64,000 nucleotides of DNA. Source: Klebsormidium nitens (Eukaryota > Plantae > Klebsormidiophyceae). Numbering within the stretch: position 1 is the first letter of the stretch; every line of letters begins with the position of its first letter. Location of the stretch: the NCBI GenBank assembly GCA_000708835.1, contig DF237282.1, positions 37,019-101,018 of the forward strand. The letters run 5' to 3'. Made by a program: the position numbers and the translations under genes. The notes under the pieces are model-generated. The model saw only the letters and a program-made list of their open reading frames with translations, was not told where the DNA came from and did not search any database. Positions 24,781-37,500 of the stretch are shown one piece after another.

Positions 24781-24915
24781 CGGCGTTTCCGGCACTTCAG
24801 AGGCGCTTTGCAGCCGTCCGGGCGCCCCCCAACACCCCTATCGGAAGGTTGATATTGAATGGATCTGACAACTCTGTCTCTGTGATTAGTTGGAAAAGTG
24901 TTCTTATGATTTTAG
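24781..24915 (+). repeat. DIRS terminal direct repeat, copy 2 (B2-like)
   Basis: Second copy of 24136-24268 with a few substitutions and a small indel. Confidence 0.9.
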
Positions 24916-25564
24916 GGCTCGGACCATGCAACCGGTTGTAACCAATTTCGGTTTTTGATTTGTAACCCTTGCGTGGTGGTTTTTCAGGCCAAATGATTGC
25001 AAATGCATGATGCTTTCAATGTCAGCCCCAGGCCATCAAGCGGGAATTTCGCTTGACGACATGCTCAAGCTACCGGTAAGGTAAGCCGACGGCAAAAGTG
25101 AAGGGTGAGGGTGGGTACCGGTACGTGAGGGTTGAACTTTGAAGCCTACGGTACGTCGGTTACGGACTCACGCCGACGGTCGTCGGTCGCCCAATGCCGG
25201 GTTGGTCGGAGGTCCCCGGCGTAAAGCTTCCGGAAAGCCGGAAGGAGTCAGAATGCTTGAAGGACACGCACCATCACATCATTGAGCACTGCAGTCGGTG
25301 CATCGTGGCGCCAGAGCCGGAAAAATGTGAAGAGAGACTGGTTGAATGACTGGCTGCTGTGAATTGGAAGTCCTTTCAAGTTGTGTGCTCAAAATGGTGT
25401 GCTGAATGAGGCATTACAGGGTCCGCTCAATTCTTAAAGGGAGGCTGTCCGGCCCCTGTCCGGTCTCTGTTTCCCAGGCTGAACCCAGGCCTGCTTACGC
25501 TACCGTAGATCCGTTGAGGAGACTAGTGGCTCTTCAAGATAGCTTCCCTGGTTTCAAGGATTAA

Positions 25565-28500
25565 ATGATGGCGCAAGGCGTCTACCTTGACAGCAGGCCG
25601 GGAGCTTGGTGTTCTGGCTGTGCAACTTTCGTATGTCTGATCCTCTTAGCTTCTTTGGGGAGGATGCCGGTCGCTCTTGGGAGTTCCTATCCGTATCTAT
25701 CCGGCCTCAATAATGTGATTGTCCCAGGACAGCTGACATTGAGCTACTTTGACTACCTTGGGGGATCCCTTAGCAACACACAAGAATGCCTCTGGTCAAA
25801 TGCCCCCATGTCCAATGGTAGCAGCAATGCCGCCTTGGGGATCCGAGGCTGCCTCAAGTCTACAGACTTTGCGGCCTTGGGAGACAAGTGGAGCTACAAC
25901 TACAGTTCCTGCGCGTTCCAGTACTGGGGCGCCAGCAACAGAAACCGCCTCTGCTTAGATGCAGCTGAGTTGAACGTGTACGTACCCTGACTCTGGAAAA
26001 GCCTTGTATTTCTTTGAGACAGGACGTCAAAGTATGGAGTCAAGGTTGAGCTTTTCTGGCTACTTGCTTTCACACCCCTATCCGTCCTGCTGATGCACGG
26101 CCGGCTTAGACCTTGTAGTGTCACAGACCTAATTTGTTCTGCTCTAATGTAAACATATTCTGTAATGCAGTGGCAGATACGAGCTCTGGACGGCAGCTCA
26201 AGCTTCAAACAGCCCCCCAGGTAAGAGAAGACAAGTAAGACCTCTTGTTAACCACATGGGGCCCTGTATCTGATTGACTTCAAGTTGGTATGGCTAGACA
26301 ACCGTTACACTCCAGTGATATATTCCAAGCTGCTTGTTCCTTCTGGTTCCAAATTGTCAACTCGAATCTAGCTAGCTTATTAAAACGGTGAGGGAAGCTT
26401 GAGGTCGAATCAACTAGAAGTACACAGCAAAACCAGCTCTGGCGGACAACCACCAGCATGACGCAACTCTATTGTTGCACATATGCAGGTTACAGCTGGT
26501 ATTCTGGCTATGATCTCAACCCGGATTCTGCAAACCTCGTTCTGCAATTACTGAGTACCTCCTGCACGCTTAACCCGTGTGGCTCTTGCAAAGTCAACCA
26601 AACCCTACTTTGTGGAGCAAACAATGGGCTCATTTCCAACAACCCCGCCAACTGCGCCCAGCTCTGTAACTCGCTGTCTGGATGCGGCTGTGCGGGATTT
26701 GTTGTGGATCCCCAGTCCGGGTGTTGCTACCTGAAGAACGTATCTCCTTCGACTGCGTTTGTAAAGGCGAGCAAGGGATTCGATGCCTACGTGCGATCCG
26801 ACGTGTGAGCAGGCCCGGACTTTCCCTGTGTTTCTTTTCAGTTGACTACGGTCATTGTAGGATCGCATCATGAGAGAGGGCTTTGACCTCCCAGCTTTTG
26901 TGTGCTTGAAAATCACAACTCGAAAAGAAGCATCAGAGAACGGCGCGCCTTTGCAAACCACTATTTTCTTGTTGAACTCCTTTAGGGCTGTGCCAGTATG
27001 TCGACAACTGCCTTTCTTTTACCACTTGTTGCAGAAGGATGAGAGAGCTGAAGTTACCTCAAGAAGCGCAGAATCTTAGGCACAATCCTAAGTCGCTCTC
27101 TAAGTAGTGCACAGAGGTGCAGAGGAAACACCAAGTGTTTCCGGCCCAACAACGATTCACACAACCACACATTTGACATTGTCGTTCCTTGTCATCCAGA
27201 GTCTCGCAAGCGCGCACGACTTGGTTGAATACAGATTCTACCCTGGTACGAGTTAGCCCCTGCACGGATAAGTCATGCCCTTTCGACAACCCTCCGCCCG
27301 TAGATCCACAGCAATGGATCTGGAATGGAACCTCGATAAAGCTCCTGGGATCCGATCTCTGGCTTATGTATAACGCCACCTTCTCGAGCTTCTACATGAC
27401 AAACGTTCGGGCTGGAGCATCACAGTTGCGTTTTGTCATTCCCCTGGCGGATGGTTCTGGGACGGGTGAGTTTGGCTCTTCCCTACCCCTCTATAATCAG
27501 TCTTCTCTTCAAATTCAGGCTTAAGAGCGTCTTCTTCCCTAAGAACCTGAGTCATGTTGAATCCTCCATGGATGAATGGGCCATGAAGACGAAGGTGAAT
27601 CCTGTGTAAATACCAGTACCAATCTAAGCAAGCTATGAGAAGACGGGCGTCACAATAGTCCTTTGCCTGCTGTGCAGATTTGTATACCCCTCAAGTTGCC
27701 CAAAACTATGGGGCAGGAGCGGGCTTCGGTTCTGTGAACCCTCCGTACATGAACGGCTGTGACACTTACGGCTTCAGTTCGGCCACGCCTGCCTCTTGCA
27801 GCAGTATCTGCTCCAGCTTACCCTCTTGTTCGCTGTACGTATTTGACCTTGGGTTGCAGGGCCACGTGCCCTGCTGCTTCTTTTTGAACGCAAGCGTGTT
27901 AGCGAACCCCCTGGACCCCGCCGTTTACGGGGAAGCCGCGTACTTGAACGGCTCAGGTAACACATGACGATATAACCTGATTGTTTAAACTGCTGTTGAA
28001 TGCATGTGAACATTAGCGTAGAGAGCTCCACTCAACTATGTGTATTAAGTTGCCATCCAGTTCTTCGAGGTAGGCTCCCCGGCCATCAAGGGCGCGTTAA
28101 TCCAATGGCAGACATCGGTCTCGTGGAATTAGATGAACCGCTTCAGACCTACCGTGGAACAGTTGCCCGGCACTCGTTATAGCAGTCAACTCAAGGAGCC
28201 TGGGGCAAAGACGTACGGCTCTTCTCGTCCTGTTAGAGCATTTCGATCCTGCCGTCACATTCTCGGAAGGCTCGATCGACCCGTTGACTCGCTCTGAAAT
28301 CTCTGCTGTCTTTTGCTTGCAGTTTACAACAGCCTGTTTCCCACTTCTCCTCCGTCGCCTGTTGCAACTCAACAATCCGGTGAGAGTGTCCATAGCACAA
28401 TTTTCTTTTCAGTGTTGATGGCAACGGCTTTGGCTGCTGTGTGCCCCCGTGACCACACTTGATGACCCATTTGCTGAACTCAGTCACCAAAGTTCAGTCA

Positions 28501-31500
28501 CCATGCGAAATTAAGCAATCGCAAAAGCTACGCCTTGCATTAGTTAGAATTCCTGTATGAGCAGGCCCGATCTAGGACCGCAAGAAGGTAGCGCTGCGCA
28601 ATCCTTGCCTTGCTTTTGTGAGCATTGGACAGTCACGGCGCTTTGACGTTTCATGACGTTTCTGCCGCAGGGGGCTCTAATGCAGGCATCATTGCGGGGA
28701 TCGCAGCTGCAATCAGCATCTTAGCTTTGCTCTTCCTGGGTGCTGGACTCTACTGCCTCTACCGCAAACGAAAGCGCCACCAATTGGCCTTACCTGAGGG
28801 CGAACCCAGCAGGCTGCTGCGAGAGCGGTTGCCAGTCATTACGTCCTTGTCGACGCAGCCTAAGTCCGGCGCTCTAGGTAAGCCGCGAGACTCACCAATG
28901 GTTGCATACAAACATATGTTACCAAGTTGCCCAAGTCAGTCAGTTGCGAGAGAGACCACGATGCTGCTGCAAGCGAACGTTGAATTCTCAAAGAGGCAAC
29001 AGAGAGGGCAATATACATTGTGCGGTGTTAGCGAGCTCATTCCGGCAGTTATTGGACAGTACTCCTTTACCTTGAAAAGCGGCTTTTAGTGGTGAACCCA
29101 AGAAGGCTGCTGTCGCAGAGCACTTGTTGATGGACAACGTTGAACCCTGGAGCACTATTTGAATCTAGGCTTGCTTGGGGTCTCTTTCGAAGTAGCTAGG
29201 AGGTGTCTTGGTTGGTATGCTGCTCTCGACTGGGAGAGCCTTTGATAACGTCAGATAAACCATTCATAAACATGCAGACCAACGAAGATTCGCCTGAAGC
29301 TCTTACAAATTTGAGAGGAGCCTCTGCAAGTACCCTCGCAGCTGTGCTCAACAGATATCTGCCCATTTTGGACAATAAAAAAAGTTGATATATGCTTGAA
29401 TTTCTATGCTAGCTACGACAAGTTGGCATTTCAAAACATCGTCTAGTGCACACTATACCGTCCCGCTTCCGGAACTGCTTTTTAGGGGAGAAAACCCAGC
29501 CTTAAACGGCATCAGAAGTGGCACCCGGTCCTCCAAAAAAACATGGCTTTTCAAGACGTGACTTCCTCTGCACGATGGCACCTGAGTTTTGAAGGAAGCT
29601 TCCACAAGCTAAGAGCACTGATTTGCGCGAAGTGAGCACCAGTTATCTGCGAGACATAATTATTGAGGAATCTGACCTCAGCTCTAGCTACAGGAAGACA
29701 GGCCCAGGTGAGCCAGGCACTCGGCCGCTCCTGGCGCGAGTTCACGCGTGCCGAGCTCGAGGAAGCAACCGGCGGGTTTGCGAAGCAGGCTCTGCTTGGA
29801 GAAGGAGCATTCGGACAGGTGTTTCTCGCCGTGTTACCAGACGGGGAAAGGCTGGCGATCAAGCAACTCAAGGCCGGGGGGAAGGTGAGCTCTTTTGGCT
29901 CCCCTTTGAACACCTTTTGTCGATCATACCAAGATCCAAGACCGATGATTGGAGAAAGAACATCAGAGTGGGCACTCGTTACTTTTGCACGCTAACTCTA
30001 ACCCATGGACGACTCGATCCAAAGCGCCAAATCGAGATTCTCTGTCCATAGTGTAAAAAGTATATTGTTTGGCGAAAACGAACCTCGTCAGAGCGAAGGT
30101 GCACAGCAAAGGCGATGACATGAGGTCCCGTCATTGATTGAACCGCTCCTACTCTTGCAGGACGTGGACGCGCGCGAGTTTCTGAGCGAGATTAACGCCT
30201 TGGGCCGCGTGCGTCACCGCAATCTTGTGTCGCTGCGTGGGTATTGCGTCACAGACGTTGACTGCTCTTTGGTGTTGGACTATGCGGAAAATGGGAATTT
30301 GGGATCCGCGCTGAGCAGCCGTGAGTTCTCCGACGACGTTTCTTTTGAAAGAGGGGCCTTGTCCTTTACGATTGACACTTCCTGCCGAGGGTTGAGCCCT
30401 TCGAAGTGCTTGTTCTGAAACGAAGTCCAGATCCAAGAGAGAAAGAGACACAAGAACTCTGTTTATCGTGTTGACGTCTCCATCTCCAGCAACAAGAACG
30501 TTATGGATCCACTTTGCACATGCTGCTCAAGTGAACGAGGATCGAGGCTCCGGGGTCCGCTTCAGGGAAGCGAAGTCCGTTCTTTCGAAATAGGGCTTTC
30601 AAGCTGGTTGTCAATTCCATGCTCGTCAATTGCGTTGGTGACTTACCGGTATAGGACGCAGGCACTCACTTCCAACCGCTATGGCGGTCTCCTGAGCACC
30701 CAAAACTGGTGTTTGATGGTCAGCATGCGGATGCTTTTGAGTCGCTCTGGTATGCTCGAGTGAAAGCAAAATAGTGACTGATTGGTCTGATCTGAGAGTC
30801 GAGAGTATCTGTCGCTCCCTTCCGCTATCTAGGTGGCCCAAAACTTTCCAACGCTTTCCGTTGCTACCAGGCGAGCAGGCAATAATGTATTGTGAATCCA
30901 GCCCCCACTAATGAAGGGTGCGCGTCGATTGAAAATCTACTTGGCCTCCAGTGTTGCCTTTGTAGTACCGCCAAGTAGGAGGTACGACATTTCTGAGGCC
31001 GAAATACTGCTTTGATATACACCTTGCTAACCACGTGGAACCATTGGACCGTTTAATTGGCTGAAGAACCTGAAAAGCGCTTTGGCAACTTTTTGGTCAA
31101 CACGAAGCCAAAAAGCAACCCCGGTTTGCAGGCTCGAAGCTTCCTCTCGACTGGGACACCCGCATGAACATCGCAGTGGGCGCTGCTCGGGGCCTCTCTT
31201 ACTTGCACAACGACACGGAGCCACGCATCATCCATCGAGACGTCAAGTCCGCCAATATCCTCCTTGATGCAAATATGCAAGCGAAGGTGAGATGCTGCAC
31301 GCGCGTAGAGTACTTGTGCATAGAGGGAACGACCTCTGCGCACGGAACGAGGTCAGAGGAAAGGCAACGAGTGGAAGTCTTATTATAGTCCGTCTTTGTT
31401 GCTATACTACTGCCGGATGAGAATGATGCGCTGATTGTTCCTGCTCTACAAGAGGTGAACAAGGAGTGCGACTTTCTGGTATGTTTGTCTCGTATGGTTC

Positions 31501-32999
31501 TGCCTGCCTGCTTTGCCTGAGAACCGGCCACTCTTGTCCAGTTGGTCCTACAAACGAATTCAGTCAGGCTAAGAAATGTCAAACAAGCGATGCGTAAGTC
31601 GTTCAATCCATGTTTCCATGCTTGATAGACCTTGCAAAGGTGTCAAGGCTCCGATTCTTTGAGCCTTCATGAAGGCTCAGATAAGGAGACCTGCGCATAC
31701 TTGTACCAAGCATCCTTCTCCGGTGACTCCAAAAGCTTCTGACTTCGTCTGCCGATCCCCGCAGGTTGCTGACTTCGGTTTGGCGAAGCTGGTCGACAGT
31801 GACCAGCATGACCAGAACACCATGGTACGGGGCACGTTTGGTTACTTGGCGCCGGAGATGGTTTACACTGGAAAAGTAAGTGAACGAAATGGCACGTGCT
31901 TTCATCTCTCTTGGGGTACTTGGCTGTGGGCGGTTAGCGCTGATCTTTGCACGGCTTTCCTTGCTTAGCTTGGCTGCTCTCTAGCAAGTGCAGTGCAGCA
32001 GTGTGAAGCTTTTCAGCACTTCTACTCAGATGAGGCATTTCAGAAGCATGTCCGTGGGGTCGTACAAGTGTCTTCGACTTGAACGAAGTGGACAGAACCA
32101 AACGGAAAACGGGCTCCTTCATTGAGCCATCTCTCTTACAACGTCTGACTTCTTGTAGGTAACGCCCAAGAGCGACGTGTTCAGTTTCGGCGTGGTGCTC
32201 CTAGAGATCGCATCCGGATTCAGGGCAATCGAAGTCGCAGCAGACGGTTCCAAGCAGAATCTCGTTGAAATGGTGAGACAGAAAAGTGGTTCAACCAATT
32301 CCAGTAAATGGAGATGGCAAGCTCAACCTGATGTTGAAAGCCACCGTTCTATCGTTTTAGAATGGAGTTCCAAAAAAGAGCGACAAATGTTTTGCTCCAG
32401 TTCAGTCGGAGGAGGCGCCCGCAACAAGTCTAGGTTCGCTGTCAAGGAAGTGAAGTAAGAGCAAAGACCAGGAGACTCTCAAGGTCGAAGCTGCAGGGCG
32501 CGGCACATGGAGATTCGGCTACAATATCCTTAGCCAATAGAGCCATCATTGCAAGGCCAACAACGACTCGTGCGGAGCACTTTACCTGATCCCTCTTAAC
32601 TTCTTTTGCCTGCATTCGCTGAAGGCACTCCGAAATCGGCACCAGCTGCTGGTCATGATCGACTCGCGGCTCAATGGGCAGTTCTCACCGGAGGCGGCGA
32701 CACAGTTTCTCACAATCGCTCTTTCGTGTGTTGCTCGAGACGACGGTGCAAGGCCGAACATGAGTGAAATCCTGTTCCGACTCGAGAGCATCTCTAAGGG
32801 CACAGCACTTCCAGCTGATCATCCGCCCCCTCATGAGGACTCCGGGAGTTGGGTAGTCGGGTCAACTATGATGGGGCCAGGGTCCTCGAGTGATGGGCTT
32901 TCAAGTCGAAGTCATTCTACGTGGAGTCAGCCAAACACCACCAGCGATTTGGGCCATAGTTTTAATTATCAGATGACTATGATACAAGAAGGCCGTTGA
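25565..32999 (+). CDS. Receptor-like kinase (RLK/Pelle, RD type) with Cys-rich lectin-like and PAN/Apple-like ectodomain, 12 exons
   Basis: Phase-consistent exons: 25565-25977, 26171-26220, 26489-26804, 27200-27465, 27678-27956, 28671-28877, ~29688-29884, 30161-30320, 31132-31286, 31765-31875, 32159-32272, ~32625-32999. Hydrophobic N-terminal segment; TM ([25 protein letters not shown]) followed by RKRKR. Kinase motifs: [47 protein letters not shown]. Confidence 0.93.
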
Positions 33000-34114
33000 G
33001 TCGTGCTTTGCTCGTGAGCTTAGTTTCATCTTTGAATAAGGAACAAGACTCCAAGTATTGTAGGATCGATCAATTGGTGTAGCTAAGTTTCAGATGGTAT
33101 AGTCCAAACCAAGCTTCTTTCTTGTGTCTACACTTCAAGCTGCATGGTAATTTAGTAATCCTGTCGTGCGCCCTTAGTGTCATCCCGACTTTCAAGTTTG
33201 CTTAGTCTTGCCACATGTCACATGCAACTCGCGCGCCGCTGGCGCTTTGCACATGTTAGGCAGGCAAGCTTAGAATTTACGTAAGCCCTTCCATGCTTCC
33301 GACGCTCCGGCGTGCGCGTGCCCGGCATCTTGTCATAAGTTCGCTGTAGCAAAATAGCATTGGCCGCCAAAGCATGCCCGCAAACTGCGCAGGCGGCGAA
33401 GCCTAATGAAACGTTGGCCAGCGCAGGCTGCCTACACAGGTGCCCGCAGAGCTAGAATTGACACTTGCTGCCAAGCATCCCGGCGAGAGTGGGGTACAAT
33501 ATTCACCAATTGATCATTAGCTAGTGCTGGTTTTCGCACACCGGAACTAAGTGATGATAATGCTCGGTTGCTACGGCAGCGGTTCAAGAAGTTCGTACGG
33601 TTGGCACTAAACAGGTAGCGGCTACACGAGGAAAGACGGCCGCCTAAAAGCCCAGCCGCTTCTTAGACGAGCCTTGAAACAGCCCCTTTGTTCATGGCCG
33701 AGCTAACTATCGGCTTGGCAACGCAACGCAGCTTTTGAGCGAAGCAAGAACCGTCTTGCGGCCAATACCGCCAAGTTGCTGAATTCAAAGGAGTCAAAAT
33801 GCCACAATCCTGGCAACAAAGCTTCAAGTGTCGGACCTTTGATGCCTCATTGCGGGTACGGGCTAGCAATTTAGAAGCGACGTTGTCGGAACGTTCTCAA
33901 TGATCCGTCCCTGTATATCATCGGTACACAGTTTCTAACCCCCTGAAGGGGCCCATGGAATCAGCTATAGAACGTACGGTGGGCCTGAGATGGTGCAAGT
34001 TTTACCGGAACAGTACATGAATTATAATTTGACAAATACGAGCAACGCATCAATCGCTCCGAAAAAAGTCGCATGGCGTATCAACTCGCCTGACTGTAAC
34101 AGGATTCAAGACTA

Positions 34115-34162
34115 CAGGACAACCGGCCATCATGGCATGCAACATCATGGCCGGTTGTCCTG
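34115..34162. other. Perfect 16-bp-stem inverted repeat
   Basis: caggacaaccggccat (34115-30) pairs with atggccggttgtcctg (34147-62), and the stem extends with one mismatch. Confidence 0.8.
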
Positions 34163-34519
34163 ATGATAAAAAGCCATTTTCACGACTCCAACGGATGAGT
34201 AGAGCAGCACTGAGATGTTGAGATTATAGGCTGATATCATTGGCTACGCATCATGCACATCCTGCTGCATGCCAGTGCACTGTGCTCCGAATCCTTTTCA
34301 CTTGCTTGTGTGACCCAGCGAAGCGGTTGGAATGCTTGAAGCCGCACTTCGATATAGAGCAAAAACAAAAGATGATTGGTAACTCTTCAATGTACAAAAC
34401 GACGTTTGTCCGTCAACCTTCAACACTATCTCCCGCATCCTTCCTCCCAGACAGACAGCAGTTCACCCCAAAAAACCAAACTCGACAATTCTCTTCGACT
34501 GAGCGAAACATTTTCACCG

Positions 34520-37500
34520 TCAACTGTGATTGTTCAGCAGAGTCGCTCGGTACAAGATGCTAAGATAAAAGCCCACGAAGGCGGCAAAAACTATATCGTC
34601 AATGAAGCCGACGAGTCCCAGGATACCTGCGGAAGAAGACGAGCAAATGTAAACGGTCAGCCGAAGGGCTTGGCAATAAAGCTGAGCATCTGAGATGCAT
34701 AAAGCTGGACAACGCTAACATCCTGTGACTGCTGAGGGTATCTGAGGATGTGTTCCAGACTTGACATAGGTGGCCATCAATCTGCAGCAACGGAATTTGG
34801 TTACAGCTGCACGTTTTCTTTGGCCTGTAACCAAATCTTGCTCTTGCTTACGAAATGCAATCAGAGTCATCAGAACACCGCCTTCTTCCAAGGAGACTTG
34901 CGGCGAGTCTGTTTCAGAAAGGAGCTCGGCCGCAGAGTTGAGGACTAAGAGAGCTGCGCAGACTCGTCCTCCACATCACTTCGGCTCTTAGCAAGCAAGC
35001 CGAGTTTGCTTCAGGAGCCTGCCACGGGAGGAACCTCATGCCGCACTCACTCTCGGGTATGATGTCGAACGGCGATACGAGGTAGGTGACAAGAAGAAGA
35101 AGCTGCCAGGCAAGAGGGGAACGAATATCAACCTCCTGGGCCAGGGAATCTGCTGCGCTCTATGAATTGCCAAGTAGCATACGAGACTTGGTATGCTTTA
35201 GCTGACCCTCTACTTCGCTTAATATTCAATTGTTCTAAGCATGCAAAATATTCTTGATTGGTAAATCTAGATTGTTCACGGAATGGGACTCTACGCCTAC
35301 TGAACACCGCAGGTGCCTGGAGCCGCTAATCTGGTTTGGAAGAGCAGCGTCACCAGTCGTTGACTCGTTGGCTTCCTGCCACGTTCACAACAAGTGGTCC
35401 TACTGATGTGGACGACCTTGGTGCTCGCCAGAATACCGTAGTCCAACGTGATGATTCCGAACGATTTTATTTCGAATTATTTTCCATCAATCCGACCAGG
35501 AAAGTAGAAATGTTTATGCTGATTCCGACCAAAATCCGAATGCCCTATGGTCTCACTCAAAATGGGAGTTTTTGGCTGTTTTTGGCATTTTCACGGCTTC
35601 CGAGGACCATTTCAGGATTATTTTATCTTTCCGAATTTTCACTTTCCGAATGGGAAATCCGAATTTTTGACTTTCCGAACGCAAATAATTATTTATTTGT
35701 TCGGAATCATCACGTTGGACTACGGTACGACAGTTGTAGACACATTCCAAGTCCTCCAGAATCTACTGTCTATGGAAGCGAGAAACGACGATCCGCGACC
35801 AGAACATTAAAACACCAGAGCCACATTTCCGACGCCCCAAACGACTCTCTACTGACCAGGCACGCCAAAGAAGCTGCTGCAGTTGCGAATGCCGAATCAT
35901 CATGAGTACACTGGGAAAGCCAATGACGCTCACGAACACCTTGTGAATCACAAGAAGCAAAAAGCAGGAACAGTACACAAAGGAGCCCCATTTGAAACGC
36001 ACTTACACTTTTCAATCATCCTAAAGGGTCGTACACACGTGGGGACTCAAGCCGGGTTGGTAAGCGGATTTTGAAACTACCGTTTCTCCGAACTGCAGCC
36101 AAACATGGCTTACTTACTCTGAAAAGAGTTTGATTCCGAAAGAGTTTCCTTGAAGCGGATGCGCAGAACGAGAGCCCAGAAGAAAACGCTAAACTTCAAT
36201 TTGAAGCAACCGGGCACTCACACAGAAGAGGATCCGTATGTTGTGCAGCAGCGCCAGGCTCCGCCCCGGGTCCAGAAGATCTCCGACCATTCGCCGAAGA
36301 AGCAGGGGGGCGTCGCGCAGCCTTTGGACGAAGCTCACGGGCACCCCCCCGAAAAGCCGGTTGTACTTGGCGATGTCGGAGGCGATCCGTTCCTGCAGAC
36401 GGGAAGGGGCAGAAGAGTGAGATAACCGGAGGACAGGTAATGATAATAAAGCAGCACGAAAAGGATCGCAGGATGGAAGCGAGAACTCGGCTGTAGATTG
36501 GACGACAGCGACCCTATAGAGAGTAAGTGCAGGGGATGTAGAAATTGGGGGCCTAAGTTCAAGGCTGGCTACAAACAGGTCAGGGAAGGAAGTGAATTCT
36601 ACCAACTATATGTGCGGCGCACGAGGAGTCGAAGCGAGTGCTTGCACGCTTCATCAGCAAGAGGGCAAAACCACTCTGGTCAGTGTCAGCAGCACCCGAT
36701 GTGAACCCTTTCCAAGGCGGAAAGTCCACACGGAGCTGCCCTCCTCCATCAACCTTTGACCAACCCTGCATGGCTGACTCGCCCGTGTTGGACGAGTCGG
36801 AAGACCATCCCTAATGTTCAGTGGTCCTATTATTAAGGAACTGCCTTACTGCTTGCAGTTGAAACGGATAAACAGAACGATGTGACCGAAATTGGGCACA
36901 GCCGGGGTCGCAAAGGGTATACATCAAACGCGGGACGCGGCCTTTCGTCGGATTCCAGGTCACGAAGCGCCCTCCTTACAACGACGTCAGAATACGTGGG
37001 CGTTTCGATTCTCGTCAATCCAAGTCGAGCTGGTCGGAAGTCGCTCGTAACGATCGGAAGGACCTTTCAGATTGAGAGGTTCGTCTTTGACAGTCAGAGC
37101 GACACACAACATCAGCAGCTTGTCTTCAGACAATCAAACAACATGCAAAAGCGTGAATTCAAGGCTAAACCTTCATAACCCTCCCCTGCTCCAATTGAAG
37201 GACCAAGAGTGATCATTGCCACATCATACCTTTTGAGCCTTAGAAGACTCAAAATGCAACACAGAAGCACAAGAAGCAATTGCAACCGGTTTTTGAGAAG
37301 CAGGTCTGGAGGTCCAATGCTTACTCTATACTTACGGATCTTTACCCTCCCTTAAGAACTCAATCAAGTCTATTGAAGCTTACATGCGATGGAGAAATAT
37401 GTTTTTTGCTCTTGCCGTCACACTTTGACACAACAGCAGCAATTCAATCAATCAGGATAGAAAGGGCTAGCGCGCACAGATTTCCACCAAAGAAAGGAGA

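Larger units (their letters stand above)
18454..24915 (+). mobile_element. DIRS-order (tyrosine-recombinase) retrotransposon, kangaroo/PAT-like layout, degenerate, probably 5'-truncated
   Basis: Gag-like ORF, then RT (YLDD), RNase H and a Dam-like methyltransferase on +. Tyrosine recombinase on -. A ~133 bp direct-repeat pair sits at the right end. The left boundary is uncertain. Confidence 0.85.

Noticed and set aside
36775-36797. gactcg…cgagtc hairpin as a Helitron 3' end
   Set aside because: No CTRR terminus follows it.
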